Assembly: GCA_013115125.1 (NCBI GenBank)
Contig: JABANN010000136.1
Coordinates: 1-63,504 of the forward strand
Source of the DNA: Perkinsus olseni
Taxonomy: Eukaryota
Reading direction: 5' to 3'
Length of the DNA: 63,504 bases
Positions 37,270 through 47,983 of the stretch are shown here, piece after piece. The notes beneath the pieces were generated by a model that saw only the letters and a program-made list of their open reading frames with translations, had not been told where the DNA came from and did no database searches. How positions within the stretch are numbered: the first letter of the stretch is position 1; each line of letters starts with the position of its first letter. A program made the translations under genes and the position numbers.

Positions 37270-38520
37270 TCTTGCAGTCCACATGTTTGTTTAGTGATTA
37301 GACTTTTTCTGGGGTCAGGAGGGAAGGCGTTCCCGGTGGAGGGGGAAGATTGGGGTCCACTTAATTTCGTGGCGCAGTGACGATTTTGTGAGACTCACCT
37401 TTCTTGAGAAATATATCAATTTAGAGGTTGACTCTGGTTGTTATGGAATTTCGTGGCGCAGTGACGCTAAGCCACCAGGTTTTGCTAGTATCTTAATCAC
37501 ATGCCGCTCGGTTCTTCGCCCTACTACTCCGCTGCTGGTTTCGGTGGCCCATTCTCAGCCTGGGTTAGCGGCGAGGAGGAAGTTCAGAAGGGCGCCTTCG
37601 ATAATGCTACCGTAATAATTTCGTGGCGCGTGACGGTTGAGTGTACTCGTTATGTGGTGTATGGTCAGGTTGCGGTGTCGCTGAGGAACGGTGTTACCAA
37701 CATCCGTGAAGGGAGGTTGGAATTCGATCTGGCGAATCCTCATTTTATAACGATTGACGGCAAGAAGCTTGCTATTGGTAAGGGCGCTGCCTTGAGGCGG
37801 CTTAGTGTTCAGAGGGTAGCCCACTCATCCTCGCTGTGATGGTGTACTGTGAACCGAGGTGAAGGCCACCAGGGGGCGCTAACTATTCGATTTGTTGTTG
37901 TATCTCTTTGTCGACTCAGAGGCTGCCCTCTGTAGCCTCCTCCTCCTCCTCCTCCTCCTCCTCCTCCTCTTCGGACTAGTAGTTAGCTATTGGGTAGTTC
38001 TTGGCCGTGATGGCTGCGAGCATGGACTTGACTGTTGTGAAGTCATGCATTGTCTTTAGTCGCCGCTGTCACCGTTCCTCGACCTCGTTCTACTACCTCC
38101 CTTCGTCATCACCCTGTAGGTATCGATAGCGATGAGGTCTCTCTGGAGCATGGCCCATCATGTGATGTCAATGTCGAGGAGCTTCCCAAAGTAGCGGTCG
38201 ATGCTGCTGCTGCCGCTGTAGCTGCTCCGGAAGGAACTCTCGGACGTAAAGTCCGCATCAATGTAAGTTGACGTGCGCACAGTGAAGATTTATAAGATAT
38301 CTGGAGGTCGCACCTTGAAAGATTCATTTTAGGTCGAGGGAGGTGACGACGCCGCGTTCGCAGCGTTAGAGAAGCTCGTGGCGGAGGCCAACCTCGGACC
38401 TCAACCGACTTTCGAGGAGAAGATGGACCAGGCTTTGGATGACTTCGCCGACAAAATGGACGATGCTTGTGATAGGTAGTGATGCGCTAAATGGGTGGAT
38501 GAATTTCGTGGCGCGTGACG
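36733..38520 (+). repeat. Dispersed motif AATTTCGTGGCGC(A)GTGACG, five copies (sixth core copy at 7944-7956, - strand)
   Basis: Copies start at 36733, 37363, 37447, 37617 and 38502, all in non-coding sequence. Confidence 0.93.
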
Positions 38521-38773
38521 GATGGTTACTGTCAGGCTGCAATCGTGGTTGGACAGTTGGGCTGAGGACCCAGCCACTTCACTTGAGGCGGAGGAAGCTC
38601 AGAAAGCCTCCCAAGGAACCCAAACTGGGGAGCACATAACCCTGGGCGTTGAGAAAGAGCAAGATAGCAAGAGTGAGCAAGGCGGCCAAGATGAGACAAA
38701 GAGCGAAGGCACCCAGACCACCCATGTTAAGACCAGCACCAAGCAAGGCGGAGAGGACTGGGTTGTACTATAA
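37501..38773 (+). CDS. Hypothetical acidic protein ending in EDWVVL (multi-exon)
   Basis: Exons MPLGSSPYYSAAGF..FDNAT/VAVSLRNG..KKLAI/GIDSDEVSL..KVRIN/VEGGDDAAFAALEKL..DDACD/RLQSWLDSW..EDWVVL*. Confidence 0.7.
37936..37969. repeat. (CCT)n microsatellite in an intron
   Basis: Uninterrupted run of CCT triplets. Confidence 0.92.
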
Positions 38774-39233
38774 GAATAAGAATTCTTCGCTGTGCGCAGT
38801 GGGAATCTTTTGGTGATGAAGTTGCGATCTATACACCCCTTGTTTCTCTACTATTGTCTTTTTCTTGAGCCCACCATCAGAGCTGCTGTGGCAGCCATCC
38901 CTCAATGGTGACGCTCGTCATCGTCTGCCCTTTTGTAGCAACCCTATCGAAGCCTGTTGTGTGGGAGAGTTCTTCAATACTTGTGCCGCGAATCAGCGGC
39001 GTGTGATTGGTGATGGTGCGAAGTAAGATGGCAGTGTCTGCCGAATGCGGGCTCTGGAATCAACTCCTAGCACTTGGCCCTGGCTGGCTGCTCTCATTTC
39101 CCACCCCAGGGCTCTGTTGATGCTTTGACGGTTTCGGCATAGGGGCTCAGATGCTCTACCTTGAAGGGTATCTTTTGGTATCCTGTACTGTGCGCTAGTC
39201 GATTGAACGTAGTTGTTTATTTTTTGCATTTGG

Positions 39234-40340
39234 ATGTTCTCTGGTCCAATCTACTACCACCGCACTCACGGCGATGGCTCTCACCCGTCTCACGGCGGCT
39301 ACGGGGCCGACCATCTCCAGGAGGAAACTCTGTCGTCGCAGTACTCTATGAAGTACGGTTGGAGTATCATTGATGATGTTAAGGTGAGCAGGCGCTGTGT
39401 GCATGCGTGCGGCTTTTGATACCAACTTTTCACCAGATTTCCACATTCATCGGACACACGTTGTCCGGGTCCCGGACAGGGACCATCTGTGTTAACACCG
39501 CCGAACCTCGTACAATGCTTTTCGAAGGTCGGCGATTCGGAATAGGTGAGCGGCATGCGGGAGGCGCCATCCCTCCGCTCAATAGCTATGGGTTGGGATC
39601 TTCGGATGGTACCGGGTAGTGATAAGTTAGGACTGAGAACTAGACTGCGACGTGAGGCTTTCGTGCCTCATAACGCCGCCAGCGGTATCTTCGTACCCTA
39701 CATACTTCTGAGAGGTCATAGTGCGCTAGAATGGGAATGGGCATCAGTAGCGGTTTCGATTCATGAGGGATGCTTGTCTATTGCGGAGGTGGGTGTTGAT
39801 GTTGCTGCCAGGTCCAGAGGACTACGTGCGCGTAGTGGTTGGGAGGTTCGATGCCTGTGCGGCCGACTATCTTCCAGCCGTTTTGTCACGTACTAGATAC
39901 TCGGACCGAAGGTCTACCATTATAAATGTAATAATCACGTTCAGTGTTATGCTGCTGCGATTAAGCTGCGTTTCGATTTGTGGATGGAGTGGTATGAATC
40001 TGGATGCGTATACTCGAATCCCGCGATAGAGCGTTCTAGCGATTATCCCCGGCCATACGTGCTGTGTCGTCGTTCTCTCGCTGTATGCTCTCGAGCGAGC
40101 GTACTAGAGCGACTTCGAAATGGCGGGTCCGAGCCACCTGTGGTTCAAGAGAAGATTATCATTGCTAGCTATATTCAGGTACCGTCCCATACTGAGACGG
40201 CCGACTTGTGCCGTATCATTACTTGGGCTAAGCTTTCAATGGGGAATAACTATAATCCCAAAGAGGAGGAGGAAGAGGAAGGGAGTGACGACATCTCTGG
40301 TGGTGCTGCTGAGGTCGCCGATGAGATCTACAATGCGTAA
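39234..40340 (+). CDS. Hypothetical protein, divergent paralog of 37501-38773 (multi-exon)
   Basis: MFSGPIYYHRTHG..WSIIDDVK/ISTFIGHTLSGSRTGTICVNTAEPRTMLFEGRRFGI/G..; acidic C-terminus ..EEEEEEGSDD..DEIYNA*. Confidence 0.62.
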
Positions 40341-41044
40341 TATAATCTTTTGCATACCAACTTTCCGACAAATCGTACCAATATAGGGCGAGCGAGTGGC
40401 TGAGTTCCTGGTTTGAGAAGTATGGCGGTCCGTCATCGCCAGCAGCCACTTCCAGTACGGCCTCGAGCTCTCATGTGAAGCATGGGGCGTCTGTCGGCAA
40501 GAGGACGGCCTCCGCGGACAGCACAGCATCGACGACTGCTTGCGCGGGGATAAGCGATGATTGTGCTGCTGTGAGGTGAGGACAGTCGGACCGAGAGGAG
40601 CTCAGCGGGACTGGTCGTGGTTGAAAGATTCCTGAGACTATGGGGACGTGATGATTTGTCATAGTTGCTTGTCGGTCGAAACCTACGTATGCAATATTGC
40701 CGTTTATAATGTAGTTCAACATAGAATAAACTTTCCTGCATGTAGTTTGATTATTATAGTGGTTCTCGCGATCATAGTTTCTTCACGGTTCTCGCTTCTG
40801 GAAAACGGCACTTCGCGTAGTGCGGGTATTCCCGGAAACTCCATTGACGTTGAGGTTCTCCACCGCAGGTCTCCCTCGACAGCTGAAGCTGCTGATTCCA
40901 AAATCACCAAGGGGCCTGCTAGGTCAAATACTGGGAGGCTGAGGAATCTTATGGATACTCTTACTGGTGGGTTGTTCTTTTAATATTTTTTATCATTGCC
41001 ATTTTTATTGCTGCTTCCGTTCTGGATATCTATACGCTATTGTG

Positions 41045-41612
41045 ATGGAGTTCTTACAGGCGTTGTGTGGTGCAGATATATCGATCCATGATGTCACCCC
41101 TCGGAGGGAGGTTGATGGTGGAGACGTTGAGGCCGTCCCAGGTGAGCATCGTACAGGGTCTCTTACGTCGAGTGAAGTCCATTCGACGGGGTCCTAGCGG
41201 GTGGTTGGGGCGCCCCGAGAAAGTCTGGGTCTTTGAGAACGGGTTGTCATCCTTTTCGGTCGGAAAATTGGGTATCTTTCTTCAGGGTTCGAGTTGGAGA
41301 ATACGCCGGTCACGAAGACCTCGCAAGACGATGGAGCTGGGGACATCAGTCCATCTTGGTGAGCAGGGGGTAGAGACGACCAGTCGACGAGTAGGGGTTC
41401 TTGTTTCCTTCAGGCATGGCAGTGATTCTGGCGGAAGCTCACCCAAGGCGTTGCCAATCTTCGTGATTGAAGAGCCCACAGATGAGGCCTCTGCGGATTA
41501 TGGGGTAGCGGAAGAAGATGCGTCTCCCGTCTCGACCACGGCAAGTGAGCCGAGAACGCCTCGGAAGACTATCCATCTCGGCCCAGCGGAAGCTGCTAGT
41601 AGCCGGCCTTGA
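41045..41612 (+). CDS. Small acidic, disordered hypothetical protein (3 exons)
   Basis: Phase-consistent splicing: MEFLQALCGADISIHD..EAVP/GFELENTPV..ISPSW/HGSDSGGSSPKALPIFVIEE..ASSRP*. Confidence 0.6.
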
Positions 41613-42877
41613 AGGCTGGCAAGAGCCTCCACATGGGGCTGTCCCTGTATCGTTGAATGCTGATCCAATTCTGAGCTACTCAGGTGACTCCACTACTACT
41701 GTGGAAGTCGGCGAGGCGACCGTCATGGTCGAGAATGTTATATCATAACGACCAGTGTGAATCGCTGGCTCTATTCATTTCTTCAAGGTCTCTAGTCTGC
41801 GTCGGAACGGGATTACTAACACATATCTTCTCACATTTCTTCTCACTTCCATACCTTGCCACATTCGTTGTTGTTGCTTTCTGCTGGCCTTACCAATTTT
41901 CCGCCGTATCATCGGGCGATGTAACTGTAAAGATACGTATAAGGTTGACCGGAGGAGGACTTACGGTCGACCTTTCTGAGTGTAGTGGCGAGTTTAATCT
42001 GAATACTGTTTTATCTTATCCCGTGGGGTGCTACACCTACTGCTGCTGCTACTACTACTGCTGCTGTTGTCGTCATCCCTCTCGTTGGTTGTTGAAAATT
42101 GTTGTTACCGATGCTAGTGTCCACGCCGTCTACCAGTGCAAATACAGCCATTTCTCTGACCCTCGAGGATTCGTGTTGTGACGATTTCGGGCGACTACTG
42201 TTTTTCTGGGCTGCTGCTGACAGCTTTGCTCCCAGTGTGGGCTGTATGCTTCGACGTTGGTTGCTTGTGAACATGAGGAAGAAATGCCTGGAACTGTCGA
42301 TCCGTAAGCTTGTTTTAATCTCCCCTATGTATTATTATCATATACCCCCCGATATGACTGAGGATGCAGAGGAACGACGGACAGAGGGGCAGAAGGATGA
42401 AGGTGGTTGGAGCATCATTGAAGGTGCTCAGGTAGTAGCTTGGGCCCTGCCTAGCTCACCAAGTTTGGGGATTAAACCCTCATGGTGACTTTCGGTCGGA
42501 TGTATCGATACCTCGGCCGCCGCCGAATTTAGATAGCCTTTAGTATATAGACATAGTAACAGGACTGCGTTGAATAGTGATAGGTCTAATAGTGATATAT
42601 AGACTAGTCTGGACTCACTCTTGTGACTTTTCATGCGCAGTGTGGCTTGATGGCTGCTCGGCACGTAGGCCAGCCTTGATTCACGACTCTAGCGTAGGCT
42701 GGATTTTGGGGGATTCTCTAGGTTTGCCTGATGAAGGACTCGGAGAGGCCTGATGATACCAGGAAGGGTATTGTCTGCGTGAATACGGCCAAACCGAGAG
42801 AGATTATTTTTGAAGGGATTAAATATCGGATAGGTAGGCGGAGATGACGTCTCCGCCAGGGACCGTCTTGTGTTCAC

Positions 42878-43558
42878 TCAGGTGCAGAAGATTCCATTCT
42901 GGTAGTCGTCGGCGAGTTCGATGGGGAACGGGAGGTTGTTGGTGGCGATGACGAGCGGCCGACTGTGATGATCAAAGTGGGTCGAGGAATGGTGTGAAGT
43001 GAGCCCGTCTTTGGTAACGGTGTACTGCTCCAGGTTCCTTTGGTTGCCAATCTCGACGAGTTGAAACGGCTGGAAACATGGGCTCGTCTGTCGGTGGGAA
43101 AGGAGAGACTGCGAGTGCTGTTCCAGAAAAATGTTGAGAACGATGCAGGAGGGACTCACCCGGGAGGGAATCACCGGGAAGGGGGCTTGGCGACGAAGGA
43201 CGACGAGAGGTGTGTTGGGATGAGATCGAGTCTGGTTGAGAATGTTTCGCATCAGTGAGTCGTCTGTTGGCAAATCCGCGACGACCGTGGACACCGAACC
43301 GAGGGAGAAACACCAGGAGGCGAGTGAATCATCATCGGAGGGTGCGGTTGCTTCTGATGAGGAGTGGCCGAGTTCTGACGAGTAAGCATCGTTATGCTCA
43401 CCTATCACAATGGTCTCGGTAGTCATCGTCTTTGGCTCCTCGATAAGAGGTTGGGAATCATTGTCACCTCTTCTCAGGATCGCTTCTAGGATAATAGAGA
43501 ACAGCGACTGGGCGGCCCAATGCATCCAGTCTGGCGCGGGGCATCTGAAAGAGCTCAT
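42878..43558 (-). CDS. Hypothetical protein (may splice to further exons toward ~42011)
   Basis: Long open frame from ATG at 43558 (MSSFRCPAPDWMHW). No recognisable domain. Confidence 0.4.
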   Translation of the reverse strand: MSSFRCPAPDWMHWAAQSLFSIILEAILRRGDNDSQPLIEEPKTMTTETIVIGEHNDAYSSELGHSSSEATAPSDDDSLASWCFSLGSVSTVVADLPTDDSLMRNILNQTRSHPNTPLVVLRRQAPFPVIPSRVSPSCIVLNIFLEQHSQSLLSHRQTSPCFQPFQLVEIGNQRNLEQYTVTKDGLTSHHSSTHFDHHSRPLVIATNNLPFPIELADDYQNGIFCT

Positions 43559-43774
43559 GCGAGGCTTTACAGGTGAGAACGATTCTTGAACGCTGTTGGG
43601 AAGCAATGATTCATTCTCGGATCATAGACTACTTGCTACTGTAGTGAGCGGCTCCCGTTCGCCTGAGATTGATAGCAGGTTAACTCTGGCGCGAGTACAA
43701 CCATTGCTTGATATCATAGAGGCAATGGTTCTCGCGCGTTAGCAGGTCCTGGGAGTATTGTCATGTACATTTTA

Positions 43775-46383
43775 GATTATACAGTCCCCGAAGATTCTGC
43801 AGTAAAGGAGTCCGGATCTAGTGAAGACAATGAGGACGCTAAAGCTGTTTTTGGTAGGATTATGATTCCTGGTTCTCCTCAAGTGTGAGAATACGGGCCT
43901 GTAAAATGGCGTATTTTCACGAATGAGACACCATATGTTGAAGTGACTTTGTTCACAAGAAGGCCGTCACCCGATGAGCTCTTCCCGAGGTCGAATTGTT
44001 TCCGACAGAGCGTTATCTTTCCTCCCTCCAGCGTATTCGAATTTCTCCCGATAACTCGGTCGTAAGCGTTGGTCTCATTGTCTACAGTTGTAGACGAGGA
44101 CTTCACCTGCCCGATAATAGTGAGCCCGCGCCAGCCCTACAGCGAGGCTCACGAGACCTTGAAAGGCTCTATTCTCCCGCGCTAGGGGGGATGCTGTACG
44201 GTATTTACACATATTGTCATTTCGAATTTATCATCAGCATGCATCAAACTGAGATCAAATCATATTTGACTTGATATAACTGGCGTATTTTTTGAATTAT
44301 GCCGCCTTGTCCTTGAGATATCGACAGGATGGAACCTCAGAACGCCGCGACGCCAAGGATCTCTCGAGGACGGAATGATGACAAGGAAGCGACGTTTAGA
44401 TTGGTGAACCGTTGCTGACGGAGGATCAATGGTCAAATGGAAACTGTTACGCAGGTCTAAGACGACACACTATGTCCTCAGCTACAGCTGCCCCTACTCG
44501 AGCAAGAAGGGTTACGATTCCGTACTGATTTACCGCCATGATGATAGACACTGCGCAGGGACCCTTCACCGTGAACGCGGCACCAGGGCCACAGTCGGCG
44601 AACAGATACGGGGTACTTTCAAAGTTCGCTGAAAAATGTGATTTTTGCCAGCGAACGCCTGGCAAACATCAGACATATCACTTATCTTTTGGTCCTGCTT
44701 CGCTGAGTCCGCTGTCTTGGAAAGCCTGTGTAATATGACCTCGCTGTTCCACCACCCGGAGGGTATCATGAATGGAAGACTGAAGTTTCTTCTCTACGAT
44801 TGAGACTGATGTCGTTGCTTTTCCTGTAACGAGTTCTTGCGTGGTACAGAAGAGCACTAACTCTCAACCGCTATTTCTCGATCTTGATGGCTCAGTCGAC
44901 TTACAAGTAGTGTTTTGGAACGTAACCGAACTGGTTCCATCTGGGGGATGGGTCTAGTGATGGCGGCGATCGAACTTCGTATCTGGAGATCCTAGTGAGC
45001 GCGCATCTTCTACTTTCAGAGGGCTTAAAGTCGGCTAGCGGAGCGGTGGCCTCGGCAGCCAATTCCGCAGTGGGGACTGTCGGTGGATATATTGTACGAG
45101 CGGGGAGTTCAGCGGTAGGAAGTGACGTAACAGTGCTGTGCATGCTACGGTGGAGCGATGCTTTATCTTGTTTTTCGTTGGTAGTTGGAGGGGCTACGAG
45201 AAGAGATGAAAGACGACGAGAACTTCGTTGCTGCGGATAAGGTGGGTCGCGAAGCGCTGGGACGGGGTTGGTTGTATTGGACGCAGATGCCGTTGGATAT
45301 CGGTCTGAGCCATATCGGTCGTCTCGTGAACCATGCTGCATGCTAGACCCGAGTCCTATTTGTGCTTCTTGTGGAAGCACTCAAGAGGAAGCCGTCGGAG
45401 TATACGAGACCAGTGTTGAAGTTAGTCTTTGATAGGTTGGTAGTGCAGCGGTGACTGGGATAGCCAAGGTCCTGTCCGGTCTATCATCGGCTAAGTCCGA
45501 CCTACAGGGTGCTGCTGCTGATGAGGTCTCCAAAGCTGCTGCTCGGAAGTACGGCAAGGATGCAGGCAAGTCGAGGGGTGAAGGCGTCGAACGTATCTTG
45601 AACCTGCGTCTGTCAAACACTTTGGCTCGGTCGTAGCGGCAAGTTGTCTTATTCATTATTGTGCTATCAGAGCACACTACTACGACGCTTAAGAGCCGAG
45701 CTCGGGTTCGCTGAGACTGTTGAGCGTAGTATTACAGCGGCTCGTCTCAGGCAGTATGGTGCGGGACAGCTTCGCCACAGCAGGAAACGCTACATCTGTG
45801 TTCTCAGCAGCAACTCCTTCGAATGTTATTTCTCAAGGAATGAAACAGTAAGAGGGGACTCACCTAATCCCGGCCGATTGAGCTAGTCTCGGTTAACGAG
45901 GATTGATGCCGTCTCGGCAATGCGCTCTTCTGCTAATGAGGAAAGAAAGGGGAACTGGCGGCGCACTCAACGGTCCTCAGGTCTTCGACAACTGTACCAG
46001 AAGCTGCACAGGGAAGGTCGGACAAGGTCGAAGAGGTAGATCTTCTTGGGCTGAGCGACGATGAGGTGGCTGATGGGAGCAAGCAGAAGCCGATGGCTGG
46101 AGATGCCCAGGCAGACTCGAGCTCCTTGAAGGTTGCGGAGAAAACAGCCGACGGAGTTTTAGAGGTGTCACAGGAGGTTTCGGCGGAGGCATCCTCTCCT
46201 CATGACGGAGAGGCGTTGAGGAAGCCTGCGGGAGTCGATAACAGACCTTCTGACTCGGAGTCCAACAGTGAGACTGGCAGCGCATCTGAGGGGGGCAAGG
46301 CAGCCTCGACGGTTTCTACTGAGGCTGACAAAGATACCACTGACATCACGAGGCATGAAGTGGATGCCATAGTACCACTGTAA
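43775..46383 (+). CDS. Senescence/spartin-associated domain protein (multi-exon)
   Basis: LKSASGAVASAANSAVGTVGGYIVRAGSSA and VGSAAVTGIAKVLSGLSSAKSDLQGAAADEVSKAAARKYGKDAG match the Ala/Gly-rich ..KYG.DAG end of the Senescence domain. Acidic tail runs to 46383. The 5' end is uncertain. Confidence 0.65.
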
Positions 46384-47415
46384 GGACCGAGGGTATGAGC
46401 TTGTGGAGCCACCCTGAGGAGCCATTGCCATTCGCCCTAATATCACCTTCCTCAGTGCCACTATCGAGGCATTTTGTGCCCTCTTCCCGACCACAACCGC
46501 ATTCATTAGCTTAGTTGTAGCTACTTGTCGTTGAAGGATTTCCGCCTCTTCTGGCCCTGCTATCACCGTTGTTTGCCAATTCTCTGCTGACTTACTACTG
46601 TTCCTATGATGTATCTGTTCGCGCTCTGCTGTTTCACTGTACAATGGACTTTCGTATTTCCCTCTCTGCCGGCTTGTGTTGTAACATCGTCCACTGTCGA
46701 CTTGCCCATAGGACCGCACTCTATAGTTACTTCATCAGGAACTCGTGAGGGCTATCATAGACTATAATCAGTCTATGACTGGGCAAGGGTCTTACTGAAT
46801 AAAGGCATCGCTGTGGTTGGGCGTCCTTTGGTTGAACTTGTGTTGATCCGTTGACAGCTGCCGAGAAAGCGTTTAAGGTGCTGACTGTTGTAGTTGGGTA
46901 GTCAGAAGCACTTATGGAGACATCCCCTCGCGATGCAGCCGAGCAGGGGGACGCAGAGGTTGCGGGTTTCTGGTGAGTTGATTGCGGCTCCGAAACTTTC
47001 AATTGCCGAAGAGTGCGTTCAGGCACAACATGGATGTGGGAATAAGAAGCGCCACGGGCTGCGGGTGAGGGCCTGCCGCTACCATTCCTGCTCGGTCGCC
47101 CGCTGGTGGAGTGCGTGTTTCCTGGAGTTATGTTCAGAGAATTTGCACTGAGCGCTCGAGTGGGACGGCTATTACGTGAATGATAGTTTGATTGGTCGAC
47201 AGGGTTTTGGGTCACCGACCGTTTCCTGGTCAGGTACCTGTCTTGTAGGATAAGCGACGACGCGAGCAGGTGGGGCCTAGTAGGTTAGAGACGTCTTTGT
47301 TGTTGATCGTGTTGATAGCCTGCCTGCGAAGACTGACATCAATGAGAGGCTCAGGGTCCTGGCCACGGGCAGTCATCCCTCCCACGCAGGAGCGGCTGTG
47401 GACGGCCATCCTCAT
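46168..47415 (-). CDS. Possible low-complexity hypothetical protein (multi-exon)
   Basis: Three successive - strand ORFs (47230-47415, 46727-47215, 46168-46719), rich in Ser/Pro/Arg. No recognisable domain. Confidence 0.35.
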
Positions 47416-47983
47416 GGTAGATGGCGTATCTTTTATTCTGTGATGGGCAAGCTCGACTTCTTCCCGCTCAGGCCATTCATCGCAGTGGCGAGTAACCTGC
47501 TGTTCAAAGCAAGAGGGAGTTCTCTGCTACGGCGACGTCATTGGATTGACCAAGAAAGTGAGCCCCATGGCACGCCTGCGATTAAGTAAGTTGTTCCAGC
47601 AAGGTCCGCCCGACAGTCAATGGTCTACCATCGCTGACTGGCGCCGATGAAGCTGCCGGCGGGAGTGATAGGGAGGTGGTCACCGTGGCTCTGTGCATCG
47701 ACAAGGAGGCCTCAGTTGGGGCGGTGGCACTGGTAATGGCACGAAGCTAGTCAACATCAGCCGTACTTTCGGTGTCCGCTACAACTCTTTACGTTTCCTT
47801 CGCGACCTGGAATTGGTTACTACCTGGCCCGAGCGCTGGTTCGCGTTGCCTTTGTAAATCGGGTTTACGCCTGATTGTGTTGGGGTATGTAATCGTAGCG
47901 AAGATATCGAGACTACCTCGAAAAATGAGGCTCGGGATGGTACTCGCTCTTTGCCGTACTTCTGCTGCGCCCGCACGGCTCTT

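Noticed and set aside
32418-38520. Split or trans-spliced tRNA built from the A-box-like motif (5' half) and the intronic 3' halves
   Set aside because: The would-be 5' acceptor strand (AATTTCG) is not complementary to TGACGAC or CCCCACC, and the motif has no D-stem or anticodon arm.
36733-38520. CRISPR-like array from the repeated 19-20-mer
   Set aside because: Spacing is irregular (84 to ~890 nt), the copies are interleaved with exons, the context is eukaryotic, and there are no cas genes.
44901-45677. Two in-frame minus-strand ORFs separated by a single TGA (readthrough or selenocysteine)
   Set aside because: They are the antisense shadow of the plus-strand senescence-domain gene. They show no domain and no SECIS evidence.
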